DNA of 32,000 nucleotides from Beggiatoa leptomitoformis (GTDB lineage: Bacteria; Pseudomonadota; Gammaproteobacteria; Beggiatoales; Beggiatoaceae). A program made the position numbers and the translations under genes. Below, one piece after another: positions 17,665 through 27,652 of this stretch (position 1 is its first letter; every line of letters starts with the position of its first letter). The notes under the pieces are model-generated. The model ran no database searches. It saw only the letters and a list, made by a program, of their open reading frames with translations, and was not told the origin of the DNA. The stretch spans positions 3,888,799 to 3,920,798 of the forward strand of contig NZ_CP012373.2 of assembly GCF_001305575.3 (NCBI RefSeq), written 5' to 3'.

Positions 17665-18048
17665 TTATGCTTGGGCAACTGCGCTGTTGTTATCACGCTT
17701 AGAAATGATTTTTTCTTTGATACGTGCAGCTTTACCACGTAAGTTGCGCATGTAGTAAAGTTTGGCGCGACGTACATCGCCTCTACGTTTGACTTCAATG
17801 CCTGCAACTAAGGGGCTGTGGGTTTGGAAAACCCGTTCTACGCCTTCGCCGTGGGAAATTTTACGGACGGTGAATGCGGAGTTCATGCCACGATTACGTT
17901 TAGCAATAACCACGCCCTCAAAGGCTTGTAACCGTTCACGGTCGCCTTCTTTTACTTTTACTTGGACAATAACTGTATCGCCTGCAACAAAGGAGGGGAT
18001 ATTTTGTTTTAGTTGTTCATTTTCTAACATTGCAATGATTGGATTCAT
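17665..18048 (-). CDS. rplS: 50S ribosomal protein L19
   Basis: [41 protein letters not shown] is near-identical to enterobacterial L19. There is an ATGA overlap with the trmD stop. Confidence 0.97.
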   Translation of the reverse strand: MNPIIAMLENEQLKQNIPSFVAGDTVIVQVKVKEGDRERLQAFEGVVIAKRNRGMNSAFTVRKISHGEGVERVFQTHSPLVAGIEVKRRGDVRRAKLYYMRNLRGKAARIKEKIISKRDNNSAVAQA

Positions 18049-18839
18049 TTTATTTTCCCGTCATATTCAGTAATAAATTCATTCAATAACACCTGTTGTT
18101 CAGGCTGTAAATTGAGTTTAGCAAGTAAATCTGGTCGTTTTAACCAAGTACGTCCTAGGGCTTGTTTGTGTCGCCACCGTGCAATGTCAGCGTGATGACC
18201 ATTTAGTAATACCGTTGGAACGTTTTGTGTGTCTATGACTTCTGGGCGCGTGTAGTGCGGACAGTCAAGCAGACCCGCGTAGAAGGAGTCTTCTGTTGCT
18301 GAATCGGCATGTCCTAACGCGCCCGGTAGCCAACGGGTCAGGGCATCAATTATGACCATTGCGGCTAGTTCACCACCACTTAACACGTAATCACCAATAG
18401 ACCATTCTTCATCAACATCGCGTTCAATAACCCGTTCATCAATGCCTTCATAACGTCCTGCAATCAACAGGAGGTTTGAGAATTGTGAGAGGTATTGCAC
18501 ACCTGCTTGGTCTAGTCGTCGTCCTTGCGGGGATAGGTATAGAACACGTGTATTCTCACCTAATTCGTGTTTTGCCGTTTGTATAGCTGTTCGTAATGGA
18601 TGAACTTGCATCACCATGCCCGGTCCGCCGCCGTAGGGGCGGTCATCTACATGTCGATGCTTGTTATCAGCAAAATCACGCGGATTCCAGTAAGCAAGGC
18701 GCAATAAGCCATTTTGCACAGCCCGCGCCGTAATGCCACCACAGGTTAGCGCGGTAAACATTTCAGGAAACAGGGTGATAACACCAATTTGCACGTTAGT
18801 CACTGTTTTTGTAGCACGAACTAAAAATCCGTGTCCCAT
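18045..18839 (-). CDS. trmD: tRNA (guanine37-N1)-methyltransferase TrmD
   Basis: [51 protein letters not shown]. The true start may be GTG at 18794 ([13 protein letters not shown], matching E. coli MWIGIISLFPEMF) rather than ATG 18839, which overlaps rimM. Confidence 0.95.
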   Translation of the reverse strand: MGHGFLVRATKTVTNVQIGVITLFPEMFTALTCGGITARAVQNGLLRLAYWNPRDFADNKHRHVDDRPYGGGPGMVMQVHPLRTAIQTAKHELGENTRVLYLSPQGRRLDQAGVQYLSQFSNLLLIAGRYEGIDERVIERDVDEEWSIGDYVLSGGELAAMVIIDALTRWLPGALGHADSATEDSFYAGLLDCPHYTRPEVIDTQNVPTVLLNGHHADIARWRHKQALGRTWLKRPDLLAKLNLQPEQQVLLNEFITEYDGKIK

Positions 18840-19327
18840 TCAACCTGTATCGTGCGATTTTGTAAGTCAATGGCTTTAATGAATACGTTCAACACAAAAG
18901 GAATAAGGCGTTCTTGTTCACCTTTTATAACCAGTACATCGTGTGCACCTGTTTCTAAAAGGTAATCAACTATTCCAAAACACACTCCCTCTTGGTTTAT
19001 AACGCTTAAACCGATGAGGTCAGACCAGTAATATTCATCCTTTTCTAAAAGATGTAATTGTGTTTGGGCGATAGCGATATCAGCCCCTAACAAGTGTATT
19101 GACTGATCACGGTCATCATAACCAACCAGTTTGGCTACAATGCCTTTTCCGTGTTCTTTACCATCTTCTACGATAACTTCACGCCATTGTCCTTGTTGAC
19201 AAATTTGCCAAGGCGTGTAGGTAAGGATATTAGCCAGCGGGTCTGTGTAGGAATACACTTTAACCCAGCCTCTAACGCCATACAGACCGTTAATGCGTCC
19301 TAGCATCACGCGCGTCTGTGATGTCAT
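18821..19327 (-). CDS. rimM: 16S rRNA processing protein RimM
   Basis: It occupies the position between rpsP and trmD. The motif [16 protein letters not shown] and a PRC-barrel tail are present. ATG 19327 (MTSQTRV..) is preferred over the track's TTG at 19336. Confidence 0.9.
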   Translation of the reverse strand: MTSQTRVMLGRINGLYGVRGWVKVYSYTDPLANILTYTPWQICQQGQWREVIVEDGKEHGKGIVAKLVGYDDRDQSIHLLGADIAIAQTQLHLLEKDEYYWSDLIGLSVINQEGVCFGIVDYLLETGAHDVLVIKGEQERLIPFVLNVFIKAIDLQNRTIQVEWDTDF

Positions 19328-19329
19328 TA

Positions 19330-19593
19330 TTAGCAAGCCGCTGGGGTTGTATTCTTAGCGTTATCTTTGATAAGTTTAGCAACAACTTCAGAGGGTTGTG
19401 CGCCAACACTTAACCAGTAATTAATCCGTGAAACATCTAAACGGATACTTTCTTGTTTTTCTTTTGCAACGGGGTTGTAAAAGCCAATACTTTCTAAGTA
19501 ATTACCATCACGGCGGCTGCGTGAGTCAGTTACGACAACATGATAAAAAGGACGTTTCTTAGAGCCACCACGGGATAAACGGATTGTAACCAT
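19330..19593 (-). CDS. rpsP: 30S ribosomal protein S16
   Basis: [30 protein letters not shown] is the canonical S16 N-terminus. Confidence 0.97.
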   Translation of the reverse strand: MVTIRLSRGGSKKRPFYHVVVTDSRSRRDGNYLESIGFYNPVAKEKQESIRLDVSRINYWLSVGAQPSEVVAKLIKDNAKNTTPAAC

Positions 19594-19941
19594 AGCTATT
19601 CTGTCACCTTAAGAGCAGTACGCAATAGTGCCTACAAGTTAATGAAAAATTCAAAATTATAGTCGAGAGATGGTCAATAGGGAAGGGGAAAGGTATAATT
19701 TCTTATCTTTGGTTCAATGCTGCATTGGCGCAGTATTGTGCAATATATTATAAGTATTAGGTTTATTATTCTACTATCTATTTAACCGATTATGTTGCGT
19801 CGATTTGCTTGCCACACCTTCATTAAGGTATGTGTAGAAAGGTCAATATCAACATAATCTGCGGTGCGACTTTCTGACCGCATGATTTTATAGATGGTTT
19901 ATACTGTTATTCAAACGTTGATAATGGGAGGAATCACTGTA

Positions 19942-20285
19942 ATGGCTGAGGATGCAAACAACGGTGATGACAGCATGGTTGAATATCATCTAAATTACCT
20001 TACCGAACAACTCGAAGCGCAACGCAGGAAGATTGATGAGCAGATGAATAGACATATTCGCGATATTCAATCATTAAGTAAACAGATTGCATTGCAGAAT
20101 CAAGATACTAATGTGGAGTTGTATTCGCAACGCGCGAGACTAACACAGTTAGACGACCAAATTAATGAAATCAGTGAAAGTATTGAACAACAGAGCCAGA
20201 ATTTATCGCTTGCGATTAGTCAAGTTATAAACACTTTGCCTGACTCTCCGCATGAAACTGTTAAACGTAACAAGGATAAATCATC

Positions 20286-20289
<4 letters not shown>
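19942..20289 (+). CDS. Hypothetical coiled-coil protein
   Basis: The track ORF is 19894..20289. ATG 19942 with GGAGG 9 nt upstream is the likely start (MAEDANNGDD..). The heptad-like Q/E/L-rich sequence matches no family I recognise. Its TGA overlaps the TTG start of hpt (TTGA). Confidence 0.5.
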
Positions 20290-21580
<1,291 letters not shown>

Positions 21581-21686
21581 AAACAATCTGATAATTCAAT
21601 GCTTACAATTTGTAGGTGCATACTTATTCCGTTTGGTCGTACAATTCTTATTGAGAATAAAATTGCGCCTACAATAGTTTATTTAG

Positions 21687-22598
21687 TCAAATAGTCTCGC
21701 CCACTGCTGCAAAAGCTGCACGCAATTGTTCAATCTCCGTTGTGTTATACAATCCCTCACGATAATGCTGTATTGCTTCTGCTACGCGATTTAATTGCAA
21801 CAACATCATCACCCGCTCATAATCCCGCCCATCTGCTTGTGCAAGATATAGATAAGATTGATAATTTCCCTTTTCTTTTAAAATGCGCAAATAACGACTA
21901 ATCAACGCATCAGCATCATAAGGTTGATTAGTTTCCTCTGTCGTTGATTCATCCCACATATCCAATTCTGTCTCTTGCCACAAAAGGGTTGTGGTTTCAC
22001 CCTGTAAAATCTGTTGCAACGGCGGATAATCCCAACCAAAGCGAAGCGCATCAATAGCAGTATCAAATACATAAACCATATAATGCACCAATTGTGTTTG
22101 CCAACCTGTTAATTTATTTTGCCATGCTTGACGACTTTTCGCCGATAACGTGGTTTTTAGAAAACTGTCTGCCCATAATTCGCTAACGGCTGATAACAAA
22201 CGAATATAATTTGCCTGTGCGATAAAATCGGTATGGTTGGCTTTATCTTGTGAAATTTTATGAAAAGTTGTAATTGCAATATCCAACGTGCCAAGTGTAA
22301 CCGCTTCTAACACAGCTAATGCAGTCTGCCCTTGTTGCGTGTCTAAATAATGCGGAATCGTGGCTAATAATGCGCTTAAATCACCGCCATGACTGGCTAA
22401 TTGTTGGACTGCACGAACATCAATATGGGCTGGCAATTGTGGCGATTCTTGTACTTGTTCCCCTTGCCACGTATCCAATTGTTTAATAATAACAGATTGT
22501 AATAACGGATATTTTTCAACTAATTGATTTATTAATAAACACAATTGCGTTTTTTCTAACGTAGCTAAACGATTATTTAATAAAGTAACATCAGACAT
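21687..22598 (-). CDS. Hypothetical helical protein (303 aa)
   Basis: The track ORF extends to 22700 into the duplicated promoter region. ATG 22598 (MSDVTLLNN..) with AAAGGA upstream is the likely start. I recognise no motif. Confidence 0.6.
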   Translation of the reverse strand: MSDVTLLNNRLATLEKTQLCLLINQLVEKYPLLQSVIIKQLDTWQGEQVQESPQLPAHIDVRAVQQLASHGGDLSALLATIPHYLDTQQGQTALAVLEAVTLGTLDIAITTFHKISQDKANHTDFIAQANYIRLLSAVSELWADSFLKTTLSAKSRQAWQNKLTGWQTQLVHYMVYVFDTAIDALRFGWDYPPLQQILQGETTTLLWQETELDMWDESTTEETNQPYDADALISRYLRILKEKGNYQSYLYLAQADGRDYERVMMLLQLNRVAEAIQHYREGLYNTTEIEQLRAAFAAVGETI

Positions 22599-22673
22599 AA
22601 AATTATTTCCTTTAATTAATCTTTTAGTCTTATAAAACATATTTTTCACATCATCATAAGCAATAAAGTGTAA

Positions 22674-22830
22674 TGTGATTAATAATGCCGTTTTTTTCAA
22701 TCAAGATAGAACGATAAATGTTAAAAAAGGGCTATATATCGTCATGGAAAGAAACTTGTTTAACACACTCATCATATCGTTAAACAGTGCTATTTATTTA
22801 AATACATTATGCCTACTTTCTTGCTTAAAA
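22674..22830 (+). repeat. Direct repeat copy 1 (157 bp): duplicate of the GGDEF-EAL gene promoter region and its first 7 codons
   Basis: It aligns with 23799-23944 with 5 substitutions and one 11-nt indel (CAAGATAGAAC), counted by eye. It contains ATG 22809 followed by PTFLLK, then diverges to a stop at 22863-22865. Confidence 0.9.
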
Positions 22831-23176
22831 TTTTTCCGTATTTCACGATATGTGTCACGTTGTAGCTAGGGCAATTTAGCATATTAGGGACTCTTTTACT
22901 TTTTCAGTTTTCTTAATTTTAATATCACTGCTTTTTTGCACTATCCAAATAAGAAACTCATATAAAATAACAAGTAAAGAGTCTAACAAGTTAATACTTG
23001 CTAGAATATAATGATTTATTTTCAAGTAACTAAATGACGTTATGTTACTTGCAACAAGCTAATGTTGTGTTCCAGCCTAATACTTTGCCACTGGGCGGTT
23101 TTGCGGCAATTTGAGGTTTCGTGGCGGTAGCAGGGTACGGCTGAACTTAGACGTTATGCTAAAGGAGTAATCGAGG

Positions 23177-23545
23177 TTGTTTTCTGAGCAAACTATTTAC
23201 ATTCAGATAGAAAAAGACTTATTTAGGTTTCTGCATGTGCAAAGCGGAAGAACCGCAAAAATACAGGGTTTTTTCTCAAATCAAAGGCTTGCAATCGCTC
23301 ATTTTATAGTTGCAGAGAAGGCTCTTAAACAAGGAATCTATGAAGTTTATCCAAAATCGTTTTTTCGTCTTTCGCCCATAATAATCATGCACCAAATTTT
23401 TAATTCAGAGGGTGGGCTTTGTGAAATTGAAGAACGAATCTTGAGAGAAGCCGCTTTATCTGCTGGTGCGAGGCAGGTATTTATTTGGCAAGGTCAACCA
23501 TTGTCATCAAGTCAGTTGGAAAACAAGGTATATAAAAAAGCATAA
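23177..23545 (+). CDS. MreB-derived mini-protein (122 aa) lacking the nucleotide-binding motifs
   Basis: TTG start with AAGGAG at 23162-23167. IAHFIVAEKALKQGIYEVYPKSFFRLSPIIIMHQ...EIEERILREAALSAGARQVFIW aligns by eye with E. coli MreB [57 protein letters not shown]. The DLGT phosphate-1 loop and the entire C-terminal half are absent. Confidence 0.6.
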   Translation: MFSEQTIYIQIEKDLFRFLHVQSGRTAKIQGFFSNQRLAIAHFIVAEKALKQGIYEVYPKSFFRLSPIIIMHQIFNSEGGLCEIEERILREAALSAGARQVFIWQGQPLSSSQLENKVYKKA

Positions 23546-23798
23546 CTTAAAGTGTTTCAACTCGCGCACGTCGTGTGCTAGATAGTTTGTAAGTTTTGGT
23601 TTTTCGGCTGATACAGATTCTGGTTAGCTCCACATAACATAGATAATTGCTCTACTTTAAAGAATTTTCTCAGAATAGTAAATATTTTTAACGGGTTATA
23701 AGAGAACTGATATTCTGTCAGGAGTTTACTGTTTATTTGAGCAATAAAGGTGCTGGATGGGTATGCGCTAGAAGACGGACTATGTATATGTGCCATTG

Positions 23799-23944
23799 TG
23801 TGATTAATAATGCCGTTTTTTTCAATGATAAATGTTAAAAAAGGCTTATACATCGTCATGGAAAGAAACTTGCTTAACACACTCATCATATCGTTAAACA
23901 GTGCTATTTATTTAAATACATTATGCCCACTTTCTTGCTTAAAA
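23799..23944 (+). repeat. Direct repeat copy 2 (146 bp): functional promoter and start of the GGDEF-EAL gene
   Basis: See copy 1. It contains the real ATG at 23923. Confidence 0.9.
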
Positions 23945-26694
23945 AATCTTATCTAACCTTAATATTCGTTGCCATTCTTGGCTGTGGTTTGTCTTTCTTT
24001 GCTTTTAATCACACACAAAAATGGGAAGAACAGCAAGTTATGCAAGAAAAAGAGGCTCTACTTGATCACTATATTCGTTTATTACGTCAAGCCTCATTAA
24101 CAGTAGATCAGCTACTCGGCTCTTTGCGCGGGTTATATTCGATAAAACAAAAAATAGAACATGAAGACTTTGCCTTACTGGTTAATCAAGAGCTTTTAAC
24201 GGATTGGATAGTTGGTTTTACATGGTCTCCCTACATTAAAGAGGGGCAACGTGCCGAGATAGAACAACAACTAACGACTTCTTTTTGGCAATATAACAAC
24301 CAACAACAAGCGGTTATTACACCAACGCAGGTAGATTACTATCCGATTCTCTTTGCTGAACCCAAAGAACGTTTTAAAACACTCATTGGTTTTGATGTAA
24401 ACACAGTTTATTCATTCAATTTTTTACACAGCAGTAGTGTATTACTCTCTTTTCAAATGCCACATGGGGCAGAGAAACAGCTACATGTTTTTCTACCTAT
24501 TTATACCGAAGCACTAAAACCCATTGGTTTTTTTACGGCGATATTACAACTCAATACTTTTATTGATGTTCTGCTTCGTCCTGCCAAACAACGCTATGAA
24601 GTTTTTCTTGTTATACGTGACACTCGTTCACCCAATCCACAAAATATCATTTATGCCCCCGATTGGTATGCACAAGATAAGACCTTACAAAATGAAAAGA
24701 ATACTATTCTCAGTGTTCCTATAGAATTTGAAGGGCAACAATGGCGCATTGAATTACACCATCTTCTTGCTGGAACAAGCATTTACTACGCTTATGCGTG
24801 GATGGTTTTATTCATGGGCATATTATTTACAATCGGTTTAACCCGTTATTTGTACGTTGTGCTTAACCACAGTGCGCAAACAGAAATATTAGTAAGTCAA
24901 CGAACACAAAAATTAATTGCTGTTAATCAAACCCTGCATGAAGAAATGCTCGTTCGTGAACAAATGACTACAGCTTTGATTGCCGCAGAACAAAAGTTCC
25001 GCGCTATTTTTGAAAATGCCATTGAAGGTATTTTTCAATGTACCCCTGATGGCGATTTTTTAAGCATTAATCCAGCATTTGCCCGTCTATTTGATTTACC
25101 ACAAGCAGTAAATGGTGACACACAAGTACATTATCGCAAAAACAATTTTTTTCTACATCCATCTGATTATAATGAATATATTATACACCTTACTCAGCAA
25201 GGTGAAGTAAAAGACTATGAGTATCAAGCTATTTGCATTACCAAACAAATTGTCTGGGTTAGTGAAACCACCAAAGCCGTTTATAATGCGACAGGCGAGT
25301 TACAACATTATGAAGGTATTATAGAAAATATTACCGAGCGGAAAAAACAAGAAGAAGAGTTACGCTATGCCGCCTCTCATGACTTGCTTACAGGGCTTTA
25401 TAATCGCAACGCATTTACCGAACGGCTTGCCTATGTACTACAGCAACAACAGGATAAATTTTCTGCTGCCAATCACATCCCCTTTGCCGTACTTTTTATT
25501 GATTTAGACCGATTTAAAATCGTCAATGACAGTATGGGGCATTTAATGGGGGATAAACTGCTTAAACAGATGGCTGAGCGATTAGCAACGACAATACAAC
25601 AGTTTACTGCCATGATTGCACGTTTTGGGGGAGATGAATTTGCCTTGCTAATAGAAGAAATCCCCGATTTGGAGACGTTGGAAACCTATATAGAACAAGT
25701 ACAGCAACAACTTAATCAGCCTTATGAATTAGAAGGGGAAATATTCATAACAACGGCAAGTATTGGCATTGCCCTCAGTGCATCACATTACACCTGTCCA
25801 AATGAGATTTTGCGCGATGCGGACACGGCTATGTATGCCGCTAAAAAACAAGGGTTGGGGAAATATGCGTTTTTTCAGCAGGGTATGCACACACACATTG
25901 TTCATATCATGCGCATGGAGTCAGACCTACGTAAAGCCTTTGAACGTAACGAATTATGTATTTATTATCAACCCATTATTGCACTAGAGAAACAACACAC
26001 CGTTGGATTAGAAGCCCTGATTCGTTGGCAACATCCACAACGTGGGTTAATTTCACCCGATGAATTTATTCCCCTTGCTGAAGAAACGGGATTAATTCAA
26101 GAATTAGGACGCTGGGTTTTTAGCACGGCTTGTGTACAGCTCTATCAATGGCAGCAACGTTATCCACAACATGCCAATTTAGGGATTAATATCAATGTAT
26201 CCCCTATCCAATTTAAACAACCGCGTTTAGTACGTGAGATTCAAGATATTATTGAACGAGCGGGCATTTCCCCGCGTAGTTGCCGTTTAGAAATCACAGA
26301 AAGTGCCATGATGTATAACCCAGAGGAAACACTGAAAACATTGCAAGAACTGAAAGAGTTGGAAGTTCAATTATATATAGATGATTTTGGAACAGGCTAT
26401 TCATCACTGAGCTATTTACAAAAATTTCCCATTGATGCCCTTAAAATAGATAAAAGTTTTATTCGCGATTTAGAAAATGACCCTCGCTCACACCAAATAG
26501 CACAAGCAATTATTGCATTAGGAGAAGCCTTTAATTTAAAAACCATCGCCGAAGGGGTAGAAACGCAACAACAACTTTCTATTTTAAAAATGGCGGGTTG
26601 TCATCATGTGCAAGGATTTCTCTTTTCCCGCCCTCGCCCACTCAGTGATATTGAACAATATTTATGTGCAGAAACCAAATACGACATTATTTAA
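23923..26694 (+). CDS. Membrane sensor CHASE-PAS-GGDEF-EAL protein (diguanylate cyclase / phosphodiesterase)
   Basis: TM helices lie at about aa 10-28 and 288-312, flanking a CHASE-like periplasmic domain (VGFTWSPYIKEGQRAEIEQ, DYYPILFAEP..LIGFDV). PAS: FRAIFENAIEGIFQCTPDGDFLSINPAF. GGDEF: SHDLLTGLYNR, RFGGDEF at aa 567-573, with no RxxD I-site. EAL: GLEALIRW at aa 695-702, DDFGTGYSSL, KIDKSFI. Confidence 0.95.
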   Translation: MPTFLLKKSYLTLIFVAILGCGLSFFAFNHTQKWEEQQVMQEKEALLDHYIRLLRQASLTVDQLLGSLRGLYSIKQKIEHEDFALLVNQELLTDWIVGFTWSPYIKEGQRAEIEQQLTTSFWQYNNQQQAVITPTQVDYYPILFAEPKERFKTLIGFDVNTVYSFNFLHSSSVLLSFQMPHGAEKQLHVFLPIYTEALKPIGFFTAILQLNTFIDVLLRPAKQRYEVFLVIRDTRSPNPQNIIYAPDWYAQDKTLQNEKNTILSVPIEFEGQQWRIELHHLLAGTSIYYAYAWMVLFMGILFTIGLTRYLYVVLNHSAQTEILVSQRTQKLIAVNQTLHEEMLVREQMTTALIAAEQKFRAIFENAIEGIFQCTPDGDFLSINPAFARLFDLPQAVNGDTQVHYRKNNFFLHPSDYNEYIIHLTQQGEVKDYEYQAICITKQIVWVSETTKAVYNATGELQHYEGIIENITERKKQEEELRYAASHDLLTGLYNRNAFTERLAYVLQQQQDKFSAANHIPFAVLFIDLDRFKIVNDSMGHLMGDKLLKQMAERLATTIQQFTAMIARFGGDEFALLIEEIPDLETLETYIEQVQQQLNQPYELEGEIFITTASIGIALSASHYTCPNEILRDADTAMYAAKKQGLGKYAFFQQGMHTHIVHIMRMESDLRKAFERNELCIYYQPIIALEKQHTVGLEALIRWQHPQRGLISPDEFIPLAEETGLIQELGRWVFSTACVQLYQWQQRYPQHANLGININVSPIQFKQPRLVREIQDIIERAGISPRSCRLEITESAMMYNPEETLKTLQELKELEVQLYIDDFGTGYSSLSYLQKFPIDALKIDKSFIRDLENDPRSHQIAQAIIALGEAFNLKTIAEGVETQQQLSILKMAGCHHVQGFLFSRPRPLSDIEQYLCAETKYDII

Positions 26695-27473
26695 CGTCTA
26701 ATAACGCGCAAAGGATAATCAGGCCATTGTTGTTTTAATTTTCTATATACTTTTTTAACTTGTTCTTGATCGGTATAACGCATACCCAATCCAGTATCTC
26801 GCCATCCACCACCTGCCTCATCAGACCATTCTTTAGGATGATCTTTGTTAAACATTAAGCAAATCACATAAGCCATATTATTGACAGGTGCAGGCGTTGC
26901 GCGAACGGTCGCATTTGCATGAGTGGCGGCGGGTTTAGCAACTGTAGTGGCGGGTTTATTCACGGTTACAGGCTTTTTAGTAACGGTAGGCGCAGCTTTT
27001 GCCGTTACTACAGGTTTAGCAATCTTTTTCTCTAACGTTTCATCGGATAAACGCGATTTTAGTTTGCTTAACTCTGCAACATATTGTTCATCCTCATTCG
27101 TTTTAGCCTCCATTGATGCGGGTATATCCTCTTTTAAAAGTTGGCGTTTTAGTTTCTTAATCTCTTCAAAATATCGTTCTTCATTATAATCATCAGCTTC
27201 ATAGTCATCTTCGAATTTATGCAACTGGGCTTCTAATCGGCTAATTTCATCCGTATCACGTAATGATGCATAATCAATCTCTTCAATTGCATCTACCTGA
27301 AACTTATCAATTGTATTCAGTACTGCTTCAAAATCATGCACAATACGTTCAAAATCATGTAATTTTTTTAAATCAACAGTTTGACGTTGTTGCTCTACTT
27401 CCAAGCCTTTTAAACGATTACGTAATTTTTCAGTAATTTTAATCGCCACAATCATTCTTCCCCGATACGACAC
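26691..27473 (-). CDS. Hypothetical protein: acidic coiled-coil N-part, K/P/T/V/A-rich linker, small C-terminal globular domain
   Basis: 260-aa ORF. The start is GTG 27473, or ATG 27455 preceded by GGGGAAG. I recognise no family. Its stop overlaps the stop of the convergent GGDEF-EAL gene (TTAA at 26691-26694). Confidence 0.55.
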   Translation of the reverse strand: MSYRGRMIVAIKITEKLRNRLKGLEVEQQRQTVDLKKLHDFERIVHDFEAVLNTIDKFQVDAIEEIDYASLRDTDEISRLEAQLHKFEDDYEADDYNEERYFEEIKKLKRQLLKEDIPASMEAKTNEDEQYVAELSKLKSRLSDETLEKKIAKPVVTAKAAPTVTKKPVTVNKPATTVAKPAATHANATVRATPAPVNNMAYVICLMFNKDHPKEWSDEAGGGWRDTGLGMRYTDQEQVKKVYRKLKQQWPDYPLRVIRR

Positions 27474-27652
27474 AGTCTATCTGAATATAATTAATTTAAA
27501 TCAACGGTTTAAAAATAAATAGTAATAAGCAAATACGGATAAAGCAGATGTTCCGCCAAATTCCCCCGTAAACAGGGGAATGTTTATAGGCTCACTACAA
27601 ACAAATTGGCATTGCCATAAATACATAAGTAGTTCTTATCCACTTATATCCG

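Noticed and set aside
17478-18073. Track ORFs 17478..17807(-) and 17762..18073(+)
   Set aside because: They overlap rplS, a highly conserved ribosomal protein gene, in other frames or strands.
23020-23176. A c-di-GMP riboswitch (GEMM-I/II) upstream of the MreB-like ORF, suspected because of the neighbouring GGDEF-EAL gene
   Set aside because: I could not find the conserved GEMM sequence features (the GCAAA/GGGAC-type tetraloop-receptor elements, for example). The structure is reported only as an unclassified candidate leader.
22675-23889. Track ORFs 22675..22869(+) and 23578..23889(-), plus the 22700 start of the 303-aa gene
   Set aside because: All lie in the duplicated promoter repeat or AT-rich spacer. 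The similar peptides they produce simply reflect the DNA repeat. ATG 22598, with its RBS, is the more credible start for the 303-aa gene.
24524-25987. Track ORFs 24524..24724(+) and 25763..25987(+)
   Set aside because: They are alternative frames inside the CHASE-PAS-GGDEF-EAL gene.
26923-27189. Track ORF 26923..27189(+)
   Set aside because: It is antisense to the KP/TV-rich linker of the 260-aa ORF, a reverse-frame artefact of low-complexity sequence.
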